Of a DNA stretch of 64,000 nucleotides, positions 35,540-46,569 are shown one piece after another; positions within the stretch are counted from its first letter, which is position 1; every line of letters begins with the position of its first letter. The DNA is taken from the NCBI RefSeq assembly GCF_003334815.1, contig NZ_QOWO01000001.1; one strand, 5' to 3'. Origin of the DNA: Escherichia coli. GTDB lineage: Bacteria; Pseudomonadota; Gammaproteobacteria; Enterobacterales; Enterobacteriaceae. The translations under genes and the position numbers were made by a program. The notes below the pieces were generated by a model. The model was not told the DNA's origin. It searched no databases and saw only the letters and a list, made by a program, of their open reading frames with translations.

Positions 35540-35635
35540 ACCTATGCCTGTTACCACATGACGCCGGAGGGCGTTTCTCTTATTCGGCCTGGATTCCAGG
35601 CCCGGATTGCAATACGCCATCCGGGCACGACGTCA

Positions 35636-36520
35636 TTAACGAGTAACTTCGACTTTCGCCAGTTTTTCGTAGTAGCACGCCAGGGCGCTATGATCCGCCG
35701 TTCCTAAACCATCTGCTCGCAGTGCCTGCATCATCTCCATAACCGCAGCTGTGAGCGGCAGTTGTGCGCCGACGCCGTGAGAAGTATCCAGCGCATTCGC
35801 CAGATCCTTAATATGCAGATCAATACGGAAGCCCGGCTTGAAGTTGCGGTCCATCACCATCGGCGCTTTGGCATCCAGCACGGTACTGCCCGCCAGTCCA
35901 CCGCGAATTGCCTGATAAACCAGGTCCGGGTTAACGCCCGCTTTAGTTGCCAGCGTTAACGCTTCTGACATCGCGGCAATATTCAGCGCCACAATGACCT
36001 GATTTGCCAGTTTGGTGACGTTACCTGCACCGATTTCCCCGGTATGCACCACGGAACCCGCCATCGCTTTCATCAAATCATAGTATTTGTCGAAAATAGC
36101 CTTGTCGCCGCCCACCATCACTGACAGCGTACCGTCGATGGCTTTCGGTTCACCGCCGCTCACCGGAGCATCCAGCATATCAATGCCTTTCGCTTTCAGC
36201 GCTTCGCTGATTTCACGGCTTGCCAGCGGTGCGATAGAACTCATATCGATCAATACCGTACCTGGCTTCGCGCCTTCAATAATGCCATTCTCACCCAGCG
36301 CCACCTCTTTCACATGAGGGGAGTTTGGCAGCATGGTTATGATGACGTCGCACTGTTCAGCGATCGCTTTAGCCGTAGACGCTGTTTCTGCACCTGCAGC
36401 AATCACGTCAGCAATAGCTTCTGGGTTACGGTCAGCAACCACCAGCGAGTAACCTGCTTTCAGAAGGTTTTTACTCATTGGTTTACCCATAATCCCCAGG
36501 CCAATAAAACCAACTTTCAT
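35636..36520 (-). CDS. garR: Tartronate semialdehyde reductase GarR (294 aa from the ATG at 36520)
   Basis: NAD-binding GxGxxG motif (KVGFIGLGIMG); start chosen among three in-frame ATGs at 36535, 36526 and 36520. Confidence 0.9.
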   Translation of the reverse strand: MKVGFIGLGIMGKPMSKNLLKAGYSLVVADRNPEAIADVIAAGAETASTAKAIAEQCDVIITMLPNSPHVKEVALGENGIIEGAKPGTVLIDMSSIAPLASREISEALKAKGIDMLDAPVSGGEPKAIDGTLSVMVGGDKAIFDKYYDLMKAMAGSVVHTGEIGAGNVTKLANQVIVALNIAAMSEALTLATKAGVNPDLVYQAIRGGLAGSTVLDAKAPMVMDRNFKPGFRIDLHIKDLANALDTSHGVGAQLPLTAAVMEMMQALRADGLGTADHSALACYYEKLAKVEVTR

Positions 36521-36555
36521 AGTCATATCAATCATCTCTCTTGTTGCGGTGGTGG

Positions 36556-37326
36556 TTATTTTTTAAAGGTATCAGCCAGTTTCTGAGTGGCAGAGCGGAA
36601 GACGCCGAGATCGCTGCCGACAGCCACAAACGTCGCGCCCCATTCCAGATAACGACGCGCATCGGCTTCGACCGGCGCGAGGATACCGCTGGGTTTGCCG
36701 TGCGCGCTGGCACGGTTAAAAATGTGCTGAATTGCTTTTTGTACATCCGGGTGTGATGCATTGCCGAGATGGCCTAATGCCGCGGCCAGATCGCTGGGGC
36801 CGACGAAGATGCCGTCTACGCCTTCGGTAGCGGCAATGGCATCGACGTTATCTACGCCCTGCTGACTTTCTATCTGGACCAGAATAGTGATGTTCTTGTT
36901 CGACTGAGCGAAATAATCCGCCACGGTGCCAAACATATTGGCGCGGTGAGAAACGGAGACGCCGCGAATGCCTTCCGGTGGGTAACGGGTTGATGCCACC
37001 GCCAGCTCTGCTTCCTCTTTTGTTTCTACAAAAGGAATCAGGAAGTTATAGAAACCGATATCCAGAAGACGCTTAATAATTACCGGCTCGTTGGTCGGCA
37101 CTCGCACTACTGGCGCGCTGGCGCTGCCTTTCAAGGCCATTAACTGCGGAATAAACGTGGAGATATCGTTTGGCGCATGTTCGCCATCCAGCACCAGCCA
37201 GTCAAACCCAGCCAAACCAAGAACTTCAGTGCTAATCGGGTTAGAGAGTGCTGACCAGCAACCAATTTGTACCTGTTTCGCAGCCAGTGCGGCTTTGAAT
37301 TTATTCGGGAAAACATCGTTATTCAT
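36556..37326 (-). CDS. garL: 5-keto-4-deoxy-D-glucarate aldolase GarL (256 aa)
   Basis: HpcH/HpaI-type aldolase sequence; gene order garP-garL-garR-garK. Confidence 0.9.
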
Positions 37327-37341
37327 CGCTTATACCTTTGC

Positions 37342-38676
37342 TTATTTCTGCAATTCCATACGTTTAATGTCGCCAACTACGAAGAGGTAGCAGACCATCG
37401 CCATCAGCGCTGAACATCCCACGAAAACCAGTGCTGCATTGAAGGAGTGCAGTTCACTTACCAGGTAGCCAATCACCAGTGGAGTGACAATGGAGGCAAC
37501 ATTGCCAAAGACGTTAAAGACGCCGCCGCAGAGGCCAACAATCTCTTTCGGCGCGGTGTCAGAAATCACCGGCCAGCCCAGCGCACCAAATCCTTTGCCA
37601 AAGAAAGCCAGCGCCATCAGCATGACCACCAGCGTGGTGTTGTTGGTGTAGTTACATAAGATGATGGTGGAAGCCAGCAACATTCCCAGCACAATCGGTA
37701 GCTTACGTGCCAGGGTCAGGGATAAACCGCGTTTGATCAGATAATCCGAGAAGACACCTCCCAGCACGCCGCCCGCAAAACCACACAGTGCTGGAATCGA
37801 GGCGACCAGACCCACTTTCAGAATCGACATGCCTTTTTCCTGCACCAGATAAATCGGGAACCAGGTGAGGAAGAACCAGGTGATGGTGTTGATAAAATAT
37901 TGTCCGAAAAATACGCCCAGCATCATGCGGTTAGAGAGCAATTGCTTGATGTAATGCAGTTTGGGTCCGCTTGCTGCCGCACTGCCCGGCTTTTTGTGGT
38001 CCATATCGACCACCGCGCCATTTTCAGAGATAAACTTCAGCTCTTCCGCAGACATACGTGGGTGATCTGTCGGGTTATGAATCAACTTGATCCACAGCGC
38101 CGTCAGCACAAAACCAATCACCCCCATAACGGTAAAGACGTGCTCCCAGCCCCAGGCGAAAGTCAGCCAGCCAAGCAGCGGCGAAAAGAGCGCCAGCGAG
38201 AAATATTGCGCCGAGTTAAAGATGGCGGAGGCAGTACCACGTTCTTTCGTCGGGAACCAGGCGGCGACAATTCGGGCGTTCGCCGGGAATGATGGCGCTT
38301 CCGAGAAGCCGAGCATAAAGCGCATAAAGAACATGGAGATCCCTGCCCAGGCCAGCGGGAACATATCAACAAAGCCTTGCAGGAAGGTGAATAGCGACCA
38401 GAAAAAGAGGCTGTAGGTGTAAACTTTTTTCGAGCCAAACTTATCAAGCAGCCAGCCGCCGGGGATTTGCATCAGCAAGTAGGCCCAGCCAAAAGCGGAG
38501 AAGATGTAACCCATCGAAACCGCACTTAACTGCAACTCTTTTGCCACTTCGGTACCAGCAATAGACAGCGTTGCACGATCGGCGTAGTTAACGGCGGTAA
38601 CAATAAAAATAATCAGTAATATTAAATAGCGGGTATGCACGCCTTTCTTTTTTTCGTCAACGGTGTCCAGAATCAT
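37342..38676 (-). CDS. garP: Galactarate/glucarate MFS transporter GarP (444 aa)
   Basis: 12-TM MFS protein; first gene of the garPLRK operon. Confidence 0.9.
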   Translation of the reverse strand: MILDTVDEKKKGVHTRYLILLIIFIVTAVNYADRATLSIAGTEVAKELQLSAVSMGYIFSAFGWAYLLMQIPGGWLLDKFGSKKVYTYSLFFWSLFTFLQGFVDMFPLAWAGISMFFMRFMLGFSEAPSFPANARIVAAWFPTKERGTASAIFNSAQYFSLALFSPLLGWLTFAWGWEHVFTVMGVIGFVLTALWIKLIHNPTDHPRMSAEELKFISENGAVVDMDHKKPGSAAASGPKLHYIKQLLSNRMMLGVFFGQYFINTITWFFLTWFPIYLVQEKGMSILKVGLVASIPALCGFAGGVLGGVFSDYLIKRGLSLTLARKLPIVLGMLLASTIILCNYTNNTTLVVMLMALAFFGKGFGALGWPVISDTAPKEIVGLCGGVFNVFGNVASIVTPLVIGYLVSELHSFNAALVFVGCSALMAMVCYLFVVGDIKRMELQK

Positions 38677-39050
38677 TTTATTTACCTCGGGTACTTATGC
38701 TGATTTTTATTATTATGGGGAAGGTGTTATTTATGAGTTTCATTTATGCCGTAACGACAATGAACTCGGGAATTAGTATAAGCAGCGCGAGAATAATAAT
38801 CATTGTGCAAATGCTAATTTAATTAATACTATTTAAATATTATTTTGAGCATATGCACATAAGGTTGCGCGCTAAAGCACAGATTTGCGCTTTACCTTAC
38901 CGGGCGGCACTGCAATCCCTGAAATGATTGACATTGATCACATTTCTGCGTTTAAACTCCTGACATTCTTATTTCACCCAATGAAGTCATTTATTTTTAA
39001 ATGAGACCAGGTCCTCATTTTAATAACCCCTGGCTGGAGAATATTGCACA

Positions 39051-40622
39051 ATGGCCAACATCGAAATCAGACAAGAAACGCCAACTGCGTTTTATATAAA
39101 AGTTCACGACACAGATAATGTGGCAATTATTGTTAATGATAATGGCCTGAAAGCAGGAACGCGTTTTCCGGATGGGCTGGAATTAATTGAACATATTCCC
39201 CAGGGGCATAAAGTCGCATTGCTGGACATTCCGGCTAATGGTGAAATTATTCGTTATGGCGAAGTGATTGGTTACGCCGTGCGTGCAATCCCACGCGGAA
39301 GCTGGATCGACGAATCAATGGTTGTACTACCGGAAGCGCCGCCGTTACACACGCTGCCACTGGCAACCAAAGTCCCGGAACCCTTACCGCCGCTGGAAGG
39401 ATACACCTTTGAGGGCTATCGCAATGCCGATGGCAGCGTGGGCACCAAAAACCTGCTCGGTATCACCACCAGCGTCCACTGTGTGGCAGGCGTGGTGGAC
39501 TATGTAGTAAAAATCATTGAACGCGATCTGCTACCGAAATACCCGAACGTCGATGGCGTGGTGGGGCTGAATCATTTGTACGGTTGTGGCGTGGCGATTA
39601 ACGCACCGGCGGCAGTTGTACCTATCCGTACCATTCACAATATTTCGCTGAATCCTAACTTTGGCGGCGAAGTAATGGTGATTGGCCTGGGTTGTGAAAA
39701 GTTGCAGCCTGAGCGCCTGCTGACTGGAACGGATGATGTGCAAGCTATTCCAGTAGAAAGCGCCAGCATTGTCAGTTTGCAGGATGAAAAGCATGTCGGT
39801 TTTCAGTCCATGGTCGAGGATATTTTGCAGATCGCCGAACGCCATCTACAAAAACTGAATCAACGGCAGCGAGAAACCTGCCCGGCTTCAGAACTGGTCG
39901 TTGGTATGCAGTGCGGTGGCAGCGATGCGTTTTCTGGTGTAACGGCAAACCCGGCGGTTGGCTATGCGTCTGATCTACTGGTGCGCTGCGGCGCAACGGT
40001 GATGTTTTCAGAAGTAACGGAAGTGCGTGACGCGATCCATCTGCTGACACCACGCGCAGTGAACGAAGAGGTCGGCAAACGGCTGCTGGAGGAGATGGAG
40101 TGGTACGATAACTATCTCAATATGGGAAAAACCGACCGCAGCGCCAACCCTTCGCCGGGCAACAAGAAAGGCGGTCTGGCAAACGTGGTAGAGAAGGCAC
40201 TCGGCTCCATTGCTAAATCGGGTAAAAGCGCAATTGTTGAAGTGCTGTCGCCCGGTCAACGCCCGACTAAACGCGGATTAATTTACGCCGCGACGCCAGC
40301 CAGCGATTTTGTCTGTGGCACGCAACAGGTGGCTTCGGGTATCACAGTGCAAGTGTTTACGACCGGTCGTGGTACGCCGTACGGCCTGATGGCGGTACCC
40401 GTCATTAAAATGGCAACCCGCACCGAGCTGGCGAACCGCTGGTTTGATTTAATGGATATTAATGCGGGCACCATCGCTACCGGCGAAGAAACTATTGAAG
40501 AGGTGGGCTGGAAGTTGTTCCACTTTATTCTCGACGTCGCCAGCGGGAAGAAGAAAACCTTCTCGGATCAATGGGGGCTGCATAACCAGCTGGCGGTGTT
40601 TAACCCGGCACCGGTGACCTGA
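39051..40622 (+). CDS. garD: Galactarate dehydratase GarD (523 aa)
   Basis: ATG at 39051 with a GGAGA Shine-Dalgarno; paralogous in sequence to UxaA in this window; divergent from garP. Confidence 0.95.
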   Translation: MANIEIRQETPTAFYIKVHDTDNVAIIVNDNGLKAGTRFPDGLELIEHIPQGHKVALLDIPANGEIIRYGEVIGYAVRAIPRGSWIDESMVVLPEAPPLHTLPLATKVPEPLPPLEGYTFEGYRNADGSVGTKNLLGITTSVHCVAGVVDYVVKIIERDLLPKYPNVDGVVGLNHLYGCGVAINAPAAVVPIRTIHNISLNPNFGGEVMVIGLGCEKLQPERLLTGTDDVQAIPVESASIVSLQDEKHVGFQSMVEDILQIAERHLQKLNQRQRETCPASELVVGMQCGGSDAFSGVTANPAVGYASDLLVRCGATVMFSEVTEVRDAIHLLTPRAVNEEVGKRLLEEMEWYDNYLNMGKTDRSANPSPGNKKGGLANVVEKALGSIAKSGKSAIVEVLSPGQRPTKRGLIYAATPASDFVCGTQQVASGITVQVFTTGRGTPYGLMAVPVIKMATRTELANRWFDLMDINAGTIATGEETIEEVGWKLFHFILDVASGKKKTFSDQWGLHNQLAVFNPAPVT

Positions 40623-40645
40623 TTTCTTTTGGAACGTCCCTCGCA

Positions 40646-40672
40646 AAACATGGCCTTAGTGCCATGTTTTTA
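40646..40672 (+). terminator. Rho-independent terminator of garD
   Basis: Stem aaacatggc / gccatgttt with a 6-nt loop followed by a T-run. Confidence 0.75.
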
Positions 40673-40699
40673 TTGTTTAAAGCCCCCACGTCCATTAAT

Positions 40700-40734
40700 A
40701 ATGCATTTGCATTACCTTAGTTCAAGCTTATAAT
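40700..40734 (+). promoter_or_regulatory. prlF-yhaV promoter with a palindromic operator
   Basis: Perfect palindrome AATGCAttTGCATT at 40700-40713 overlaps the presumptive -35; TATAAT at 40729-40734. Confidence 0.5.
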
Positions 40735-40770
40735 TTGAGCAGAAAACAGGCTGTAAAAGGACAGTGAATC

Positions 40771-41106
40771 ATGCCCGCTAATGCTCGCTCTCACGCTGTA
40801 CTGACCACTGAATCAAAGGTCACGATACGCGGACAAACAACTATCCCCGCGCCAGTGCGTGAGGCCTTAAAACTGAAGCCAGGCCAGGACAGCATTCATT
40901 ACGAAATTCTGCCTGGTGGGCAAGTATTTATGTGCCGACTGGGAGATGAACAGGAGGATCATACTATGAATGCATTTTTGCGTTTTCTGGATGCAGATAT
41001 CCAGAACAACCCGCAAAAAACTCGTCCATTCAACATTCAACAAGGAAAGAAACTTGTCGCTGGCATGGACGTCAACATTGATGATGAGATTGGCGACGAC
41101 GAATAA
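40771..41106 (+). CDS. prlF: Type II antitoxin PrlF (SohA), AbrB/SpoVT-like fold (111 aa)
   Basis: ATG at 40771 with an AAAAGGA Shine-Dalgarno; acidic C-terminus; stop overlaps the yhaV start (TAATG). Confidence 0.85.
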   Translation: MPANARSHAVLTTESKVTIRGQTTIPAPVREALKLKPGQDSIHYEILPGGQVFMCRLGDEQEDHTMNAFLRFLDADIQNNPQKTRPFNIQQGKKLVAGMDVNIDDEIGDDE

Positions 41107-41570
41107 TGGATTTTCCACAAAGGGTTAATGGTTGGGCGCTATATGCTCATCCCTGTTTTCAGGAAACCTACGACGCTTTAGTTGCCGAAGTCGAGACATT
41201 AAAGGGAAAAGATCCTGAAAATTATCAGAGAAAAGCCGCCACAAAGTTATTGGCGGTAGTCCATAAAGTGATTGAGGAGCATATCACGGTCAATCCATCA
41301 TCACCGGCATTCCGTCATGGCAAGTCGTTAGGCTCTGGGAAAAATAAAGACTGGTCACGGGTAAAATTTGGTGCTGGTCGTTATCGTCTCTTCTTTCGTT
41401 ATAGTGAAAAAGAGAAAGTCATCATTCTGGGATGGATGAACGATGAAAACACTCTGCGCACCTACGGTAAAAAAACAGATGCCTATACCGTATTCAGCAA
41501 AATGTTAAAAAGAGGACATCCTCCTGCCGACTGGGAAACCCTCACCCGAGAAACAGAAGAAACCCATTGA
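41106..41570 (+). CDS. yhaV: Type II toxin YhaV (ribonuclease, 154 aa)
   Basis: ATG overlapping the prlF stop; basic protein; classic antitoxin-toxin gene arrangement. Confidence 0.85.
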   Translation: MDFPQRVNGWALYAHPCFQETYDALVAEVETLKGKDPENYQRKAATKLLAVVHKVIEEHITVNPSSPAFRHGKSLGSGKNKDWSRVKFGAGRYRLFFRYSEKEKVIILGWMNDENTLRTYGKKTDAYTVFSKMLKRGHPPADWETLTRETEETH

Positions 41571-41624
41571 TGGTGTTCACAATGCCCGCCGAACGCATTC
41601 GTGTTGACCAGCGGGCATCCTTTC

Positions 41625-42434
41625 TCACTCCCCGACCAGAATCACTTCAACCCCAGCCTTTCGCAGTCCTTCCAGGCTATCCGCAGGAATGCCTTCATCA
41701 ACAATGATCATGTCGATACGTTGAGTATCAATGATCTTATGTAAACTGGAACGATTGAACTTACTGGAATCGGTGACCACGATGATCCGTTCCGCAACTT
41801 CGCACATCCGACGGTTTAAACGAGCTTCATCTTCATTATGTGTGCTGACGCCGCGCTCCAGATCGATCGCATCTACACCAAGAAACAGCATATCGAAGTG
41901 GTAATTTTGCAGCGATTGCTCAGCCTGATCGCCGTAAAAAGATTGCGACTGACGGCGCAAATGCCCGCCGGTCATCAGCAGCTCAACGCCTTCCGCTTCC
42001 AGCAACGCATTAGCCACGTTCATACCGTTGGTCATCGCAATTACGTCAGTGTGCTTGCGCATCAGACGAGCAATCTCAAAAGTGGTGGTCCCGGAATCGA
42101 GGATAACCCGATGACCTGGCTGAATCAACTCAACGGCAGCTTTCGCAACGCTGCGTTTCATCGCGGTGTTCAGTGCGCTTTTATCTTCCACTGATGGCTC
42201 GACTGACGGCGTCGTGCTATCGCAGATCAACGCGCCACCATAGGCACGCACAGCGATCCCCTGCTTTTCCAGAAACGCCAGATCGTTGCGGATCGTCACA
42301 GTAGATACGCCATACAATGCCGACAGATCGTTAACCTGCACACTCCCTTGCTGTCGCAGACGCTGAATGATCTGTTCTCGTCGCTCGCTGGTGCCAGTCA
42401 CTCGCTTCTCACCTGAAGCGTCGGTATTACTCAT
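41625..42434 (-). CDS. agaR: DeoR-family repressor AgaR (269 aa)
   Basis: N-terminal helix-turn-helix plus a sugar-phosphate-binding domain; divergent from kbaZ. Confidence 0.9.
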
Positions 42435-42442
42435 AGTAAGTC

Positions 42443-42655
42443 CTTTCGTAAAACTTTCGTTTCATTTCGTTTTGCCTATTAACGCCTTTCTATTAAGCAA
42501 ATGCAAGCCCACCTTGCCCATTGACGCAAGCTACTCTCGTTTCAGTGACTTTCATTATGTTTCTTTTGTGAATCAGATCAGAAAACTATTATCTTTCGTT
42601 TTATTTTTATTTCACCATGACGCAGTATCAACTGAAACAAAACGAAAGATTAATA
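42443..42655. promoter_or_regulatory. agaR / kbaZ divergent control region with AgaR operator-like CTTTCGTTT repeats
   Basis: Repeated tttcgttt and aaacgaaag motifs at about 42443-42476 and 42590-42655. Confidence 0.55.
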
Positions 42656-42682
42656 TCGCAGTAATCTGAACTGGAGAGGAAA

Positions 42683-43963
42683 GTGAAACATCTGACAGAA
42701 ATGGTGAGACAGCACAAAGCGGGCAAAACAAATGGAATTTATGCCGTTTGTTCCGCACATCCGCTGGTGCTGGAGGCTGCAATCCGCTACGCCAGTGCAA
42801 ACCAAACGCCGTTACTGATTGAAGCAACCTCCAATCAGGTAGACCAGTTCGGCGGTTATACCGGAATGACGCCCGCCGATTTTCGCGGCTTTGTTTGTCA
42901 GCTCGCCGACTCGTTGAATTTCCCGCAGGATGCGTTGATTCTGGGTGGTGACCATCTGGGGCCAAACCGCTGGCAAAACCTGCCGGCCGCTCAGGCAATG
43001 GCCAATGCCGATGATTTGATTAAAAGCTACGTTGCGGCAGGATTCAAAAAAATCCACCTTGATTGCAGCATGTCCTGTCAGGACGATCCGATTCCCTTAA
43101 CTGATGACATCGTGGCTGAACGCGCCGCCCGTCTGGCGAAAGTGGCGGAAGAAACCTGTCTTGAACACTTTGGCGAAGCCGATCTGGAGTATGTCATTGG
43201 TACCGAAGTGCCGGTACCTGGCGGCGCGCATGAAACCTTAAGCGAGCTGGCGGTCACCACGCCGGATGCCGCCCGCGCCACGCTGGAAGCCCATCGTCAC
43301 GCCTTTGAAAAGCAAGGTTTGAATGCCATCTGGCCACGCATCATTGCCCTGGTGGTTCAACCCGGCGTCGAATTCGATCACACCAACGTTATTGATTATC
43401 AGCCCGCCAAAGCGAGCGCCTTAAGCCAGATGGTCGAAAACTACGAAACGCTGATTTTCGAAGCGCACTCTACCGATTATCAAACGCCGCAATCGCTGCG
43501 CCAGCTGGTGATTGACCACTTTGCCATTCTGAAAGTTGGCCCAGCGCTGACCTTCGCCCTGCGTGAAGCTCTGTTCTCTCTGGCGGCGATTGAAGAAGAA
43601 CTGGTGCCAGCGAAAGCCTGTTCTGGTCTGCGTCAGGTGCTGGAAGACGTGATGCTCGACCGCCCGGAATACTGGCAAAGCCACTACCACGGTGACGGCA
43701 ACGCGCGTCGTCTGGCGCGTGGTTATAGCTACTCGGATCGCGTGCGCTATTACTGGCCGGACAGCCAGATTGATGACGCTTTCGCTCATCTGGTACGTAA
43801 TCTGGCGGATTCACCAATTCCGCTGCCGCTGATCAGCCAGTATCTGCCGCTGCAGTACGTGAAAGTTCGCTCCGGCGAGCTGCAGCCAACGCCACGGGAA
43901 CTCATTATCAACCATATTCAGGACATCCTGGCGCAGTACCACACAGCCTGTGAAGGCCAATAA
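42683..43963 (+). CDS. kbaZ: Tagatose-1,6-bisphosphate aldolase non-catalytic subunit KbaZ (426 aa, GTG start)
   Basis: GTG at 42683 preceded by a GGAGAGGA Shine-Dalgarno. Confidence 0.9.
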   Translation: MKHLTEMVRQHKAGKTNGIYAVCSAHPLVLEAAIRYASANQTPLLIEATSNQVDQFGGYTGMTPADFRGFVCQLADSLNFPQDALILGGDHLGPNRWQNLPAAQAMANADDLIKSYVAAGFKKIHLDCSMSCQDDPIPLTDDIVAERAARLAKVAEETCLEHFGEADLEYVIGTEVPVPGGAHETLSELAVTTPDAARATLEAHRHAFEKQGLNAIWPRIIALVVQPGVEFDHTNVIDYQPAKASALSQMVENYETLIFEAHSTDYQTPQSLRQLVIDHFAILKVGPALTFALREALFSLAAIEEELVPAKACSGLRQVLEDVMLDRPEYWQSHYHGDGNARRLARGYSYSDRVRYYWPDSQIDDAFAHLVRNLADSPIPLPLISQYLPLQYVKVRSGELQPTPRELIINHIQDILAQYHTACEGQ

Positions 43964-43985
43964 GCAAAACAAAGAGGAACACGCT

Positions 43986-44459
43986 ATGCCAAATATTGTT
44001 TTAAGCCGGATTGATGAACGCTTGATTCACGGTCAGGTCGGCGTTCAATGGGTCGGATTTGCGGGGGCAAATCTGGTGCTGGTAGCCAACGATGAGGTTG
44101 CCGAAGATCCGGTACAACAAAACCTGATGGAAATGGTACTGGCAGAAGGGATCGCCGTACGTTTCTGGACGCTGCAAAAAGTTATCGACAACATTCATCG
44201 CGCCGCCGATCGACAGAAAATCCTGCTGGTTTGTAAAACACCCGCCGATTTCCTGACGCTGGTGAAAGGTGGCGTTCCGGTGAATCGCATTAACGTTGGC
44301 AATATGCACTACGCCAATGGCAAACAACAAATCGCCAAAACGGTTTCTGTGGATGCGGGCGATATCGCAGCATTTAACGACCTGAAAACCGCTGGGGTGG
44401 AATGCTTCGTTCAGGGCGTCCCGACAGAGCCTGCTGTGGACCTCTTTAAATTACTTTGA
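43986..44459 (+). CDS. agaV: PTS N-acetylgalactosamine-specific IIB component AgaV (157 aa)
   Basis: Internal ATG at 43986 with an AGAGGA Shine-Dalgarno; mannose-family IIB sequence paralogous to AgaB. Confidence 0.9.
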   Translation: MPNIVLSRIDERLIHGQVGVQWVGFAGANLVLVANDEVAEDPVQQNLMEMVLAEGIAVRFWTLQKVIDNIHRAADRQKILLVCKTPADFLTLVKGGVPVNRINVGNMHYANGKQQIAKTVSVDAGDIAAFNDLKTAGVECFVQGVPTEPAVDLFKLL

Positions 44460-44469
44460 GGGATTCATC

Positions 44470-45249
44470 ATGGAAATCAGCCTGTTGCAGGCATTTGCGT
44501 TGGGCATTATCGCCTTTATCGCTGGCCTGGATATGTTTAACGGCCTAACCCATATGCACCGCCCGGTGGTCCTCGGCCCGTTGGTCGGGCTGGTACTTGG
44601 CGATCTGCATACCGGAATTTTAACCGGCGGTACGCTGGAACTGGTGTGGATGGGGCTGGCCCCGCTGGCGGGCGCACAGCCGCCTAACGTGATTATCGGT
44701 ACTATCGTCGGCACGGCGTTTGCCATTACTACTGGCGTGAAACCCGATGTCGCAGTAGGTGTCGCCGTACCTTTCGCTGTCGCAGTACAGATGGGGATTA
44801 CCTTCCTGTTCTCGGTGATGTCCGGCGTGATGTCTCGCTGCGACCGGATGGCGGAGAACGCCGATACTCGCGGCATTGAACGCGTGAACTATCTGGCACT
44901 GCTGGCACTCGGCATTTTCTATTTTCTCTGCGCTTTCCTGCCTATCTACTTCGGCGCGGAACATGCAAAAACCATCATTGATGTCCTGCCGCAACGATTA
45001 ATCGACGGCCTCGGCGTCGCGGGCGGCATCATGCCAGCAATCGGTTTTGCCGTGCTGCTGAAAATCATGATGAAAAACGTCTACATCCCCTACTTCATCC
45101 TGGGCTTTGTTGCCGCCGCCTGGCTCAAGTTACCAGTGCTGGCTATTGCTGCCGCTGCGCTGGCGATGGCGCTGATCGACTTGCTGCGTAAATCTCCTGA
45201 ACCGACTCAACCTGCGGCACAGAAAGAGGAATTTGAAGATGGCATCTAA
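44470..45249 (+). CDS. agaW: PTS N-acetylgalactosamine-specific IIC component AgaW, full length (259 aa)
   Basis: Intact ORF paralogous to AgaC in this window; not truncated. Confidence 0.85.
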   Translation: MEISLLQAFALGIIAFIAGLDMFNGLTHMHRPVVLGPLVGLVLGDLHTGILTGGTLELVWMGLAPLAGAQPPNVIIGTIVGTAFAITTGVKPDVAVGVAVPFAVAVQMGITFLFSVMSGVMSRCDRMAENADTRGIERVNYLALLALGIFYFLCAFLPIYFGAEHAKTIIDVLPQRLIDGLGVAGGIMPAIGFAVLLKIMMKNVYIPYFILGFVAAAWLKLPVLAIAAAALAMALIDLLRKSPEPTQPAAQKEEFEDGI

Positions 45250-46117
45250 TCAAACCACCCTGCCGAACGTCAGTGAAAACGAAGAAACATTGCTGACTGG
45301 CGTCAATGAAAACGTGTATGAAGATCAGAGCATTGGCGCGGAGCTGACGAAAAAAGATATCAACCGCGTCGCCTGGCGTTCCATGCTGTTACAAGCGTCT
45401 TTTAACTACGAACGTATGCAGGCTTCTGGCTGGTTGTACGGTCTGCTGCCTGCTCTGAAAAAGATCCACACTAATAAACGCGACCTGGCGCGCGCCATGA
45501 AGGGGCATATGGGTTTCTTCAATACCCATCCGTTTCTGGTGACGTTTGTTATCGGCATTATCCTTGCGATGGAGCGTTCTAAGCAGGACGTTAACAGTAT
45601 TCAGAGCACCAAAATTGCCGTCGGTGCGCCGCTTGGCGGGATTGGCGATGCAATGTTCTGGCTAACGCTACTGCCGATTTGTGGCGGGATTGGAGCCAGT
45701 CTGGCATTGCAAGGCTCCATTCTTGGCGCAGTCGTCTTTATTGTGCTGTTCAACGTGGTACACCTGGGGCTGCGTTTTGGTCTGGCGCATTATGCTTACC
45801 GCATGGGCGTGGCGGCGATTCCACTGATTAAAGCGAATACCAAAAAAGTCGGCCATGCTGCGTCTATCGTTGGGATGACGGTAATCGGTGCGCTGGTGGC
45901 AACCTATGTTCGTTTAAGCACCACGCTGGAAATCACGGCGGGCGACGCAGTGGTTAAGTTACAGGCTGATGTTATCGACAAACTGATGCCGGCCTTCTTA
46001 CCGTTGGTCTACACCCTGACCATGTTTTGGTTGGTACGCCGCGGCTGGAGTCCGCTGCGTCTGATTGCAGTTACCGTGGTTCTCGGCATCGTCGGTAAAT
46101 TCTGCCATTTCCTTTAA
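45239..46117 (+). CDS. agaE: PTS N-acetylgalactosamine-specific IID component AgaE (292 aa)
   Basis: ATG at 45239 with an AAGAGGA Shine-Dalgarno (the six-frame ORF begins at a TTG two codons earlier); paralogous to AgaD (shared motif LLQASFNYERMQA). Confidence 0.85.
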   Translation: MASNQTTLPNVSENEETLLTGVNENVYEDQSIGAELTKKDINRVAWRSMLLQASFNYERMQASGWLYGLLPALKKIHTNKRDLARAMKGHMGFFNTHPFLVTFVIGIILAMERSKQDVNSIQSTKIAVGAPLGGIGDAMFWLTLLPICGGIGASLALQGSILGAVVFIVLFNVVHLGLRFGLAHYAYRMGVAAIPLIKANTKKVGHAASIVGMTVIGALVATYVRLSTTLEITAGDAVVKLQADVIDKLMPAFLPLVYTLTMFWLVRRGWSPLRLIAVTVVLGIVGKFCHFL

Positions 46118-46134
46118 ATACAATGAGGTATTAG

Positions 46135-46569
46135 ATGTTAAGTATTATTTTGACAGGGCATGGCGGGTTTGCCAGCGGCATGGAAAAAGCAATGAAGCAA
46201 ATTCTCGGTGAGCAATCGCAGTTTATCGCCATCGATTTTCCGGAAACCTCAAGCACCGCGCTGCTTACATCGCAGCTTGAAGAGGCCATCGCCCAACTGG
46301 ATTGTGAAGACGGCATTGTTTTTCTGACGGATTTGCTGGGCGGCACGCCGTTTCGCGTAGCTTCAACGCTGGCGATGCAAAAACCGGGCTGTGAAGTGAT
46401 CACCGGCACCAATTTGCAACTGCTACTGGAGATGGTGCTGGAGCGCGAAGGGTTAAGCGGTGAAGAATTCCGTGTACAGGCGCTGGAGTGTGGACACCGA
46501 GGGCTGACCAGTCTGGTGGACGAGTTAGGCCGCTGCCATGAAGAATGTCCGGTCGAGGAAGGAATATGA
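46135..46569 (+). CDS. agaF: PTS IIA component AgaF (144 aa)
   Basis: Mannose-family IIA-like sequence; stop overlaps the agaA start (ATGA). Confidence 0.85.
   Translation: MLSIILTGHGGFASGMEKAMKQILGEQSQFIAIDFPETSSTALLTSQLEEAIAQLDCEDGIVFLTDLLGGTPFRVASTLAMQKPGCEVITGTNLQLLLEMVLEREGLSGEEFRVQALECGHRGLTSLVDELGRCHEECPVEEGI

Noticed and set aside
41581-41617. Possible convergent terminator hairpin between yhaV and agaR
   Set aside because: The stem (atgcccg / cgggcat) encloses a 23-nt loop and has no clear U-run; too weak to call.
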